47,480 bases of DNA, taken from Lentisphaeria bacterium (lineage in GTDB: Bacteria; Verrucomicrobiota; Lentisphaeria; JABSQK01; JAWLHB01). Location of the stretch: the NCBI GenBank assembly GCA_041690595.1, contig JAWLHB010000055.1, positions 1 through 47,480 of the forward strand, in the 5' to 3' direction. The notes under the pieces are model-generated. The model made no database searches. It saw only the letters and a program-made list of their open reading frames with translations, and was not told the origin of the DNA. Each line of letters starts with the position of its first letter. Positions within the stretch are counted from its first letter, which is position 1. The position numbers were made by a program, and so were the translations under genes. Below are positions 34,824 through 43,905 of the stretch, in pieces.

Positions 34824-37474
34824 AGCCGGCCATGCAGGGGCAGTGGATCTGGAGCGGCCGGGCGGACGGGCATAATGACTGGCGACAGGTGCGCCACGCG
34901 TTCGAGGTAGCCGGGCGTCCATCGCGGGGCGAGCTGTCGATCACGGCGGATGCGCTCTATCAGGTGTGGCTCAACGGCCGGATGATCGGCCATGGGCCGG
35001 CGAAGTCGGCGAAGGGGAGTCGCGGCATCGACCGGTACGACATCTCTGGATTGCTGACGCCCGGAAACAACCTGCTCGAAGCGCTGGTGCTCAACATCGG
35101 CACGGGCACCATGTGTTACTGCCCGGGCGAACCCGGTCTGTGCTTCGATGTGGTTGTAGATGGTCATCTGGTGGCCACCAGCGGCAGAGAGACGCTGATG
35201 CGACCCGATCCCGCTCGCCGTTCGGATACGGTGCGCCGCTGGATGCTGCCCTGCCTGGAGGATGTGGATGCCGCGGTGGAAGCGGAGGCGTGGCAGGCGG
35301 CGGAGATCGTCGAGCGGAAGCTGGCGCTGTATGCGCGGCGGGTGCCTCCGGCCAGCCGCCAGCCTCTGGTTCCCGAGCGTCTGGTGCAGGCGGATCGGGT
35401 ACGATTTCCGACCTTCAGCATCAGCTTTCGGCACAAGCCGTACCTGGTGACGCCGCATGAGGTTACCCGTCAGAACTGCTATGCCACGCCGGCATGGTTT
35501 GTCACCGATATCCTCTCGCCGATCGACCAAAGGCTCCATCTCACGCCGACCCGCGGCAGCGTGACCTGGCACCATGAGGGGCTACAGATCGCTGCCGGCT
35601 CAGGTTGGGGGCCCTGGACGCCGGGCGACGCGAATCCTGGTATCATTGACCTGAAGGCGGGCGCCAATCGTCTGATCGGCGTACACTCGCACGATCATTT
35701 CGCGGAGTTCAATCTGGCCGGCTACAGCGAGGCGCCCGTGCGCTTCGTCAACCCCTTCGGTGAAGGCAGCTTTCAGGTGGTGCTGACGGAGCAGAAGGTG
35801 CCCGGCGAGGTCGATTGGGAGGCGTTGCGCCCCTCGATGCCGGAGATGGATCCCTGTCATACGATGCTGGAGGCGAACGCGCAGGATCTGGTGCTCGGCG
35901 CGCAGGTGATCGGCGAAGAACCGTTGCTGGTGTGCATTCCCGCCTCGGAGCCGCTGGAGCTTCCCTCGGCCCCCGAAGGCGAAGCCGTGCGTCTCATCGT
36001 CGATCTGGGCATGGTGCACAATGGCTGGCTGGCCTTCGACGTCAATGGCAATGCCGGCAGCCGCCTCATCTTCTCCTTCTTCGAGGGGATCGATGCGGGA
36101 CCGCCCCTGCGACTGCACTGGGCCTACGGCTGTGAGAATGCGCTGACGTACCGCCTGGGCGAAGGTCCACAAAGCTTCGAGAGCTTTCACCCCTACGGCG
36201 TGCGTTACATCGCCATTCATCATACCGGGAACACGCCCGTTCGACTGGGCAATCTGCGTGTACTCACCGCCAACTGCGGCAGCCGACCGCGGGGATACCT
36301 GCAGTGCAGCGATCCACTGCTCAATGAGATCTACGCGATCGCCGTGCAGTCGGTCATTTCCAGCGTCGACGATACCTTTACCGACTGCCCGACCTTCGAG
36401 CAGGTCAACTGGAACTTCGACAATCGCACTGCCTTCATGGGCGAGGTGCTCAGCTGCGCCAACCTGGCCGTCAGTCGGCACAGCATCGAGCTCTTCGCGG
36501 AAGATCCGGAGTTCACCGGGCTGGTGCGCAGCCAGTATCCGAGCGTCTGGGACAACTTCATCCCCCTCTGGTCGCTGCACTGGATCATGTGGTGTCGTGA
36601 CTACTGGTGGGCCACCGGCGACATCGCCTTTGTGAAGAGGCTCTTTCACCGAATCGCGGCGGGCGTCGAAGAGGCGCTGGGCCGCATCGACGCGCGGGGG
36701 CTGCTGGCGTGGGAAGGAGTCTGGCACTTTGTCGAATGGGGTCATGGACGGGATGACGGCCATGCGGTCAACGGGTGTGAGCAGGCGGGACTGGCCGGCG
36801 CCCTGGCCGCGGCCGTGGAGTTGGCGGAGCAGCTTGGCGATCCGCGGGCGGGAGAATGGGAAGGTGCCCGCCGGCAGTTGATCGAGGCCGTCAATCGCGA
36901 GCTGTGGGTCCCCGAACGCGGTGCGTACGCGGACAGCCTGCACGCCGACGGAAGCCTTTCCAGCGTCTCCAGCCAGACGACGAACGCGATGATGGCCGTC
37001 TATGGCATTGCCTCGGAGGATGTGGCCCGCGACCTGGCGCGGCGCATCAGCGAAAAGGAGGCGGGGCTCCTGCCATACGGCAGTCCGTACGGCCTCTTCT
37101 ATATCCTGGAGCTTTACGATCGCTTCGAGATGGTCGAGCCGATCTTTGCGGCGATTCGCCATCGCTGGGGGGACATGGTCCTTGCCGGCGATCGCACGAC
37201 GTGGGAGCATTTCGCGGAATTCGGCGGCCACATGGGCTTCCCGACGCGCAGCCGCTGCCACCCCTTTGCCGCCTACGTCATCAAATACCTGGTCAAGTAC
37301 CTGATGGGCATCCGTGCGGAGGGGCCGGCTTTCGCGAGCCCGCTAATACTGCCGGCTCCACCACGTGGCATCACCTTCTGTCGCGGTGCCATTCCCACGC
37401 CAGGTGGCCTCCTGCGCACGGGCTGGCGACGGCAGGCGGATGGCGAGGCAATCGAGGTGGCTGAGGCGACCTGA
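34820..37474 (+). CDS. Alpha-L-rhamnosidase family protein (GH78)
   Basis: WIW, ITAD..YQVWLNG..IG.GP, YDI..LL.PG.N.L, SD.LLN.IY, TDCPTFEQ..W..D, SQ.TNA, TTWEHF, SRCH, G.IPTP.G. Confidence 0.87.
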   Translation: MKPAMQGQWIWSGRADGHNDWRQVRHAFEVAGRPSRGELSITADALYQVWLNGRMIGHGPAKSAKGSRGIDRYDISGLLTPGNNLLEALVLNIGTGTMCYCPGEPGLCFDVVVDGHLVATSGRETLMRPDPARRSDTVRRWMLPCLEDVDAAVEAEAWQAAEIVERKLALYARRVPPASRQPLVPERLVQADRVRFPTFSISFRHKPYLVTPHEVTRQNCYATPAWFVTDILSPIDQRLHLTPTRGSVTWHHEGLQIAAGSGWGPWTPGDANPGIIDLKAGANRLIGVHSHDHFAEFNLAGYSEAPVRFVNPFGEGSFQVVLTEQKVPGEVDWEALRPSMPEMDPCHTMLEANAQDLVLGAQVIGEEPLLVCIPASEPLELPSAPEGEAVRLIVDLGMVHNGWLAFDVNGNAGSRLIFSFFEGIDAGPPLRLHWAYGCENALTYRLGEGPQSFESFHPYGVRYIAIHHTGNTPVRLGNLRVLTANCGSRPRGYLQCSDPLLNEIYAIAVQSVISSVDDTFTDCPTFEQVNWNFDNRTAFMGEVLSCANLAVSRHSIELFAEDPEFTGLVRSQYPSVWDNFIPLWSLHWIMWCRDYWWATGDIAFVKRLFHRIAAGVEEALGRIDARGLLAWEGVWHFVEWGHGRDDGHAVNGCEQAGLAGALAAAVELAEQLGDPRAGEWEGARRQLIEAVNRELWVPERGAYADSLHADGSLSSVSSQTTNAMMAVYGIASEDVARDLARRISEKEAGLLPYGSPYGLFYILELYDRFEMVEPIFAAIRHRWGDMVLAGDRTTWEHFAEFGGHMGFPTRSRCHPFAAYVIKYLVKYLMGIRAEGPAFASPLILPAPPRGITFCRGAIPTPGGLLRTGWRRQADGEAIEVAEAT

Positions 37475-37486
37475 CGTTGATGGCGA

Positions 37487-39406
37487 TCAGGTCAGACCGG
37501 TGCGCAGGACATCGACAATGCAGCCGTGGCTGGCGGGAGACATCAGGTAGAGCCCTGCCCAGCCTTCCCGTTTGACCCAGGCGATCTGTTCCGCGGCAAA
37601 CGCTTCCGCCACTTTGGCCTGGTCTGACGGCTTGTCGTAGCGCCCGAGCCGTTCCAGGACGCTGTCGGGAATGATGACGCCGGGTACGTCACCCACCCGC
37701 CTGGCATGCTCGAGGCTGCGCAGGATCATGACGCCGATGAGGATGCGCGACTTGTCGCGGAAGGGCTCCAGGCTATCGAGCATGTCGAAGCGGAAGGCGG
37801 GCTGCGTCAGGATGTAGTCGGCGCCATGGTCGATCTTGCGCCGCAACTTCTCCATTTCGCGCTCCATGTTGAGCGCTTCGGGTTCGAAGCCCGTGCCGAT
37901 GGTGAAATGCATGCGCGGATCCGCGTGCTTGCCGAGCGATTGCCCCCCGAAATCGACCCCCGCGTTGAGGTAAGCCTGGGTGAACTCGATCATCGCGGGG
38001 GAATCGGTGTCGAAGACCGCGGTTGAGCGTGGATAGGTGGGCGACATCTTGGGTGGGTCGCCGGTGATGAAGATGACGTTGTGGATGCCGGCGAGATAGT
38101 AGCCGGTCAGGCGGCTCTGGATCCCCATCATGTTCAGGTCGCGGGCCGCGAAATGGGGGATGAATTCCAGCGGATCGTCACTGCCCCCGTTCCAGCCCAG
38201 GCGGCAGCGCGACACCTGAACGAAGTCGCCGGGAGGCATCAGGGGAATGCCGCGCGATCCGTCGGTGACGTCGACGGCATCCGCCAGGCCGCACGCCGCC
38301 AACTCGCGGACGAAGTCGATCTTGCGGGCGAGAGTGTCGGCGCTGGTGCCCCGGGGCGGGAGCATCTCGACGCTGACGCAGAATTCGCCGTCGAAGAGCT
38401 TGCGGGAGAAACGGCCGTTGCCCCGCTTTTCCTCCGGACCTGCCGGCGTCATGGTGGCCGCGGAGCCGATCGGCTCGCGCACCTCGATATGCCGATCGAG
38501 AAGACGCGAGCGCAGGTAGTTGCGCATTTCACGCAGATGGGGAGGATGGACTTCGCAGCAGCCGCCGATGAGCCGTACGCCCATGTCCGCCAGGATGCGG
38601 GTCTGCTTGCCCATATATTCTGGATTGACGTTGCTCATGTAGCGGTTGTCGATGCGCTGCAGGCCACCCGCGTTGGGCATGGCGCTGAGCATGATGCCGT
38701 TGTCGCGCACCTGCGGCAGGCGCAGCAGCTCCTCGATGTAGCTCAACGCATCCCAGGGCGCGCAGCAGTTGACGCCCATCACGTTGGCACCGGCTTTCAG
38801 CAGGGCGTCGGCGCATGCCGCCGGGGAAATCTCCCACTCGTTCTCCTTCTCCAACGGCCGAGGGCTGATGAGGGCGACGACGGCCATGTGCGAATCGATA
38901 GACCTAACGGCCTCGATGGCGGCAACCAGTTGGGGCAGGCAGGTGAAGGTCTCCAGCAGGATCGCATCGACACCTTCGTCCAGTTGCGCGTAGGCCTGCT
39001 CGTGAAAGAGCTCGCGAGCGGGCTGATCGGCGATATGTTCGTCGCGCAGCGGACCGATGGAGCCAATCACCATGGGAGCATCGCTGCCTGTGCCCTGCAC
39101 GAAGTCTCTGGCAGCGGCGCGGGCTACGCGGACGCCGGCGCGATTGTAGTCGGCGACGCGATCGCCGAGGCCGAAGCGGTCGAGCTTCGAGCGGTTGGCG
39201 CCGAAAGTGTCGGTTTTCAGGCACTGCGCGCCGGCCTGCAGGTACTGGAAATAGATCTCGGTGATCAGCTCCGGGCGTTCGGCGGGAAAGGCTTCATAGA
39301 CGTGATTGGGCTCCGAGAGGCGCCCCGTCAGTTCGAAGAGGTAGGAGCCCATGGCGCCATCGGTGATCAGGATCTGGTCGCGTAAAGTCTGCAGGAATCG
39401 GCTCAT
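37487..39406 (-). CDS. yitJ: Bifunctional homocysteine S-methyltransferase / 5,10-methylenetetrahydrofolate reductase
   Basis: DGAMGS, Y..AGA....T.TFGAN, GVD.ILLET, GVNC, MPNAG, IGGCC; MTHFR half SVEMLPP, ITGDPP, K...GADYI.TQP. Start at MSRFLQ (39406). Confidence 0.9.
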   Translation of the reverse strand: MSRFLQTLRDQILITDGAMGSYLFELTGRLSEPNHVYEAFPAERPELITEIYFQYLQAGAQCLKTDTFGANRSKLDRFGLGDRVADYNRAGVRVARAAARDFVQGTGSDAPMVIGSIGPLRDEHIADQPARELFHEQAYAQLDEGVDAILLETFTCLPQLVAAIEAVRSIDSHMAVVALISPRPLEKENEWEISPAACADALLKAGANVMGVNCCAPWDALSYIEELLRLPQVRDNGIMLSAMPNAGGLQRIDNRYMSNVNPEYMGKQTRILADMGVRLIGGCCEVHPPHLREMRNYLRSRLLDRHIEVREPIGSAATMTPAGPEEKRGNGRFSRKLFDGEFCVSVEMLPPRGTSADTLARKIDFVRELAACGLADAVDVTDGSRGIPLMPPGDFVQVSRCRLGWNGGSDDPLEFIPHFAARDLNMMGIQSRLTGYYLAGIHNVIFITGDPPKMSPTYPRSTAVFDTDSPAMIEFTQAYLNAGVDFGGQSLGKHADPRMHFTIGTGFEPEALNMEREMEKLRRKIDHGADYILTQPAFRFDMLDSLEPFRDKSRILIGVMILRSLEHARRVGDVPGVIIPDSVLERLGRYDKPSDQAKVAEAFAAEQIAWVKREGWAGLYLMSPASHGCIVDVLRTGLT

Positions 39407-39772
39407 TGACAGCTCTTTGTCACTCTCGGTTGAAGGATTTGGCTCCACGCCGGCAGGTGGTGAGGTACTCACCAATATAGATGCCCCGGCGCCAGCGGCA
39501 AACCGCGAAATCTGAGGAACGCCACTCGCTCGCGTGGCACGGCATGCGCGTTGCCCCTCTCCAACGCTGGGCACTCTCATTCACCCTGTCTTTCTCGTCG
39601 TCCGCCACGGACGTTCGAATGGCCCTCTGGAATGCAGGGAACGTGTAGAAGCGAGAAACCTCATCGGCGCCGCCTTGAACCCATCTGATTACCGCGCTAA
39701 CCTCTCCACCACTCGGCAACACCATTGCCTCCGGGAACCGTGATATTACTGGAAAACAGTCGGAGTCTGACA

Positions 39773-40303
39773 ATGACATTGCTGGCAAACATCGGCATCC
39801 CAATGCTCCCCGTGCAGTGGATGTTCATGGTCGTGGCCCTTATTCCGATCGTTCTTATCGAGGCTGTCATCGTCTGGAAGAGGAAATCCGTCAGCTTCAA
39901 GCGCAGCCTTGGCAGCAGCGCCGCCGCCAACGCCGTCACGACTCTTGCTGGGGTCCCTCTCTCCTGGGGGCTGATGCTTCTCGTCATGATGACGGCTGGG
40001 TACCTGACTGAAGATACGTTCTCGCTCATGTGGGATTCCCCAGCCGTCATGATCGCATACGTTGTGCTCAACGCCGCATGGCTTGCTCCATATGAAGAGC
40101 ACCTGAACTGGATGGTGCCTATGGCGCTTGCCGTCCTGATGATCCCTTCTTACTTCCTGTCCGTCTGGATCGAGTACCATGTGTGCAAGCGTATCTGGAA
40201 GGGAATCGATCAGAAGTCGGTCTGGAACACCATGCGAATGGCCAACGGAGTCACGTACGGAATCCTGATTCTGATCTGCATGGGCCTGATGCTGGCAGCC
40301 TGA
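39773..40303 (+). CDS. Hypothetical integral membrane protein
   Basis: ATG at 39773 with GGAG RBS; 4-5 hydrophobic helices; ANIGIPML, AN.VTTL.GVPL, AAWL.PY, SVWIEY, AN.VTY. Confidence 0.75.
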   Translation: MTLLANIGIPMLPVQWMFMVVALIPIVLIEAVIVWKRKSVSFKRSLGSSAAANAVTTLAGVPLSWGLMLLVMMTAGYLTEDTFSLMWDSPAVMIAYVVLNAAWLAPYEEHLNWMVPMALAVLMIPSYFLSVWIEYHVCKRIWKGIDQKSVWNTMRMANGVTYGILILICMGLMLAA

Positions 40304-40390
40304 AATCTGGCCGGCATTGCGGGCGGCTGGGTGGGCTCCCTTGCTTTCGCCCCGCCTCCCGTCATGAGTGCGACCCGCGGCCAAACGCCA

Positions 40391-43300
40391 TCAGCGAGAG
40401 AGGACGAAGCGTTGTGGGCCGGCGGGAAGCGCGAGGGTCAGGCGATTGCCGTCGCGGACGGTGGCGAGCGGTTTACCGTCGAGAGTGACATGGACCGGTG
40501 CGACATCCGGGGGCAGCAGCAGAACCACCTCCCGAGCGTCGCCGTCGCTCTCGCCGTGGATGCCGGTACCATCGACCGTAAGCGAGAGCGGACCGGCTCC
40601 CTCGATGCGCCAGGTGCCGATGGAGGCGTAACCACTGCCGCTGACGATGGCAAGGCGCAGGTTGTCTTCGGCGCTGTAGCGGGCAAAGGCGATCTCGCCT
40701 TGCAGCGAGAACTCGCCATCGGCGACGGTGGCGGCCTTGCCGGGGGAAAAGATGACCAGATCCCGGCCCTCCATGTGGGCGACGCGGGCCGCTGCATTCC
40801 CGGCAAGAGCCGCGATCTCCGCGGCTGCCTGACCTTGTGTGCGCGGATAGAGGATGGCCAGGAAATCCTCGCTGGAGCCCTGCTTGCGGACGCGGATGGC
40901 CGTTTGGTCTTCGCGGAACTTGCCCCAGGGATTGACCCATTGCTCATAGCCGTAGCTGTCCGGGATCAACACCGCGTTGGCGGGCGAAAGCAGGTGGGCA
41001 TCGAGGTCGACGCCGAACTGGCCGGGGAAGTGGGCGATGCTGCCGGTGATCTCGGGCGGACCGGCCATGCACCAGAGATTCCAGGTGAAGGACTGATTCG
41101 GCTGGCCGTCGACCGTTGCGTCGCGGATGACCAGATAGGTCGCGCCGAGGGGGTCGGAGGACTTGACGAGGAGCATGTGGCGCTGGTGGCGCTGGCCGCC
41201 GCCACCAAAGGAGATGCCCGTGGAGTAGTCGATGACCGTCGGGAGGCTGATGGAGCCCTGGCCGGCGACATTCTGTTCGCGGGAGCCGCTGCTGGGGGGC
41301 CAATACTCATGCGGCTCGGCCCTGTCGAAGGAGACGGTGTTGTGATACATGGGCTTCCACATGGTGTGCACCTCATCGGCGGTGGCGCCGCGATGACCGA
41401 AGTCGACGCAGAGAGGGACCCCCTTGGCGTAGTACATGAAGCTGTTGTGGTCGCCGGGATCGTAGTGGTGGGTGTAGTAGCCGCAGCGATGGGAGACATA
41501 GCTGGCATTGCCGTCGTTCCATGAGGTGCGCATGACGTTGCCGAAGCCCGGAAAGGCGCGGGCGGTGTCAGCAGGCAGGGCCGCGGGAAGATCGGGATCG
41601 CAGATGGCGGCGATGAAGCCGGCGCGGCCGCCGTTCAGGCAACTGTAGGCCTGTCCCTGCCAGTAGCTCTGCTGGCGGGCACTGTAGGCGGGATCGCTAT
41701 CGGCAGTCTGGCGCGCCATCCAGCCGTTAAAGGGATGGGTGAAGCAGGGGAAGGCATCGCCAATGCTCGGTACGGTCATCGGCGCGGGGATTTCCGCTGT
41801 CTTGAGGGCCGGGAAGCGCAAGTCCGGAGCGGTCTGGATGAAGCCGTAGTACTCCATGGTCGCCTTGAACTGGGGGTCGATGAAGTAGTTCCTGCCCTTG
41901 ACGTTCTTCAGCGCCTGGGCGAGGAGGAACATCCCGTCGAGGGAGGGGGCCTGATACATGGGACATTCGAGCCAGGCGCCGCCGGGAGCGATCCAGTCGC
42001 GCAGCTCGCGCTGAAATTCAGCTTCGGCAAAGGCAAGCCAGTGATCCGACCGCGGATGGCCGTCGAGGAAGAGACCCACCAGGCCGAGGGGAAGCTTGAG
42101 CAGGCTGGTCATGTTGGGGTTGGCGCTGCACAGACCCACATCCGTATTCCAGTAGTCGGGATGATCGAAGACGTAGCCACCGAAGACCAGAGCCGCCTCG
42201 ATCTCGTCCTTCTCCTCCTGGCTCAGGAGGCCGGTATCGGCGACGGCATCGTAGGCGAGGAGGAGGCGGAGCATGGTGGTGCCGGCCATGTGCGCGTTGC
42301 CGCCGAGGGTCGGCCGCCCTGGAGAGGTCAGGAAGAGGTCGACATGCTGCCGCGCCAGCCCCTTCACGCCGGCCGCCAGTATGATCGCGTACTTCGGATC
42401 GGCCGAACCAAGGTATGCCTGCGGCGCGACATCGTAGAGGCCGTTGCCGACGTAGTTCTCTTTGAAGAAGCGCTGCCAGCCGTCCGGTCCCGACTGGATC
42501 TTGGCGACCAGATCCGAGCCAAGGCGGCCAAGGTAGGTGATCGCCTTCTCGACATCCGCCTTCATCATCGGCACGCTCCGGGCCTGGAGGCGGGCGCGAT
42601 CGACATCCGCCTGCGTGAAGAGGAGGAAGGGCTGCTTGCGCTCGGAATTGGCACGCGGAAAGTCGAAGTGAAACTCCTTCACCTCGTCCAGTGGAAACTC
42701 GCTGTGCTTGAGGAGCTGGGCACGGAGTTTGACGCCATGGGGATCGTTCGTGACGTGGTCTTCGACGGTGCCGACGGTGAAGGCCAGCTCGCGGTGGGCG
42801 GGGACGATCGGCGCATCCGGCGTCGCGCCGGGCAGGGCGCGCAAGGCGAGGGTGAGGTCGAGCTGACCACCGGGACGGGCCGTGATCGGGATGGTGGTGC
42901 GGGCAAAGCCGGCCCATTCGGTGGGAGTCCAGCGGGAAGGACGCATGGCGATCACCCCGACAAATGGCGCCTTTCCCTCCTGATAGAAGCCGCCCCAGGT
43001 TGCCTGATCCTTCAGCCACCAGTAGCTCCAGGGACAAAGCTTGGCGAGTAGCGTCTCCTCCGTGAAATCTATGGGGGCCGGCTCCATCCCCTTGTTCAAC
43101 TCCGCGTAATAGTTGCTGCGCCAGTAGAAACGGTCGGCGCCCAGCCCCTTCTGAAAGGAGAGGCGGATAGCGGTATCGGGGGCGTCGACGTCGGTGTCGT
43201 CGGTAAAGAGTACCACCTCCTGCTGGGCTCCGAGGCTGATGTCGGCCTGGTAATAGCGATTGTCGGCGAAGGTGAGGCGATACCGCAGAGAAATCCGCAG

Positions 43301-43870
43301 CGGCCCCTGCTCGATGGTCGTCATCGTGGCGCTGACGACTTGCGGCGCCGCTCCGCCGGTGACCCACTCGCCGGCTCCCAGCCAGCCATCACTATCGGCG
43401 TGACGCAGGGCCAGGAGAGGGGCCGGAAGGGAGGTGAGGGCGACGGGCGCGGCAAGCTCTCCAGACAGGCGGGGCAGCTTGAGAGCCAGGCGATCGTTCG
43501 CCAGAATCAGGTGATCGCCCGCCTCGGTCAGGCTCAGGTTGGTCGGCGGCGGCGTGCCGGCGCGCAGGTGCAGATCGATGCGGCTCTTCGGGTCGAGGGT
43601 GACCAGTGCCCACACCGTGCCGGTCGTGCGACCGTCGGCAAAGGTCAGGTCGGCGAACTGGCACGGGAGCGGTTTACCGTTGGCGCCGGTGAGGGTCATG
43701 GCGGGTGGCGCGGCGCCCGCGAAGTCGACGGCGAAGTGGACGAGTTCATCGTTCCACTGGTGCCGCAGCGCTTCCCGGATCGAAAAGCTTTGCAGCGGTT
43801 GCGGCGCTTCCTGGGCGCGGGCTGCCAAGAGGCAGGTGAGCAGGAGAAAAGCAGAGAGGGTCTTGGTCAT
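40391..43870 (-). CDS. Secreted heparinase II/III-like polysaccharide lyase (alpha/alpha toroid + beta-sandwich), paralog B
   Basis: Start MTKTLSAFLLL (GGAG RBS); signal peptide; ANPNMTS, GGAWLE.PMY, IGDA, FPGFG.VMR, HHYD..D.NSF.YY.KG, YHNTV. Confidence 0.7.
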   Translation of the reverse strand: MTKTLSAFLLLTCLLAARAQEAPQPLQSFSIREALRHQWNDELVHFAVDFAGAAPPAMTLTGANGKPLPCQFADLTFADGRTTGTVWALVTLDPKSRIDLHLRAGTPPPTNLSLTEAGDHLILANDRLALKLPRLSGELAAPVALTSLPAPLLALRHADSDGWLGAGEWVTGGAAPQVVSATMTTIEQGPLRISLRYRLTFADNRYYQADISLGAQQEVVLFTDDTDVDAPDTAIRLSFQKGLGADRFYWRSNYYAELNKGMEPAPIDFTEETLLAKLCPWSYWWLKDQATWGGFYQEGKAPFVGVIAMRPSRWTPTEWAGFARTTIPITARPGGQLDLTLALRALPGATPDAPIVPAHRELAFTVGTVEDHVTNDPHGVKLRAQLLKHSEFPLDEVKEFHFDFPRANSERKQPFLLFTQADVDRARLQARSVPMMKADVEKAITYLGRLGSDLVAKIQSGPDGWQRFFKENYVGNGLYDVAPQAYLGSADPKYAIILAAGVKGLARQHVDLFLTSPGRPTLGGNAHMAGTTMLRLLLAYDAVADTGLLSQEEKDEIEAALVFGGYVFDHPDYWNTDVGLCSANPNMTSLLKLPLGLVGLFLDGHPRSDHWLAFAEAEFQRELRDWIAPGGAWLECPMYQAPSLDGMFLLAQALKNVKGRNYFIDPQFKATMEYYGFIQTAPDLRFPALKTAEIPAPMTVPSIGDAFPCFTHPFNGWMARQTADSDPAYSARQQSYWQGQAYSCLNGGRAGFIAAICDPDLPAALPADTARAFPGFGNVMRTSWNDGNASYVSHRCGYYTHHYDPGDHNSFMYYAKGVPLCVDFGHRGATADEVHTMWKPMYHNTVSFDRAEPHEYWPPSSGSREQNVAGQGSISLPTVIDYSTGISFGGGGQRHQRHMLLVKSSDPLGATYLVIRDATVDGQPNQSFTWNLWCMAGPPEITGSIAHFPGQFGVDLDAHLLSPANAVLIPDSYGYEQWVNPWGKFREDQTAIRVRKQGSSEDFLAILYPRTQGQAAAEIAALAGNAAARVAHMEGRDLVIFSPGKAATVADGEFSLQGEIAFARYSAEDNLRLAIVSGSGYASIGTWRIEGAGPLSLTVDGTGIHGESDGDAREVVLLLPPDVAPVHVTLDGKPLATVRDGNRLTLALPAGPQRFVLSR

Positions 43871-43905
43871 GATAGCTCCAGGCATTGCCGGTTGTCGATA
43901 GCCGA

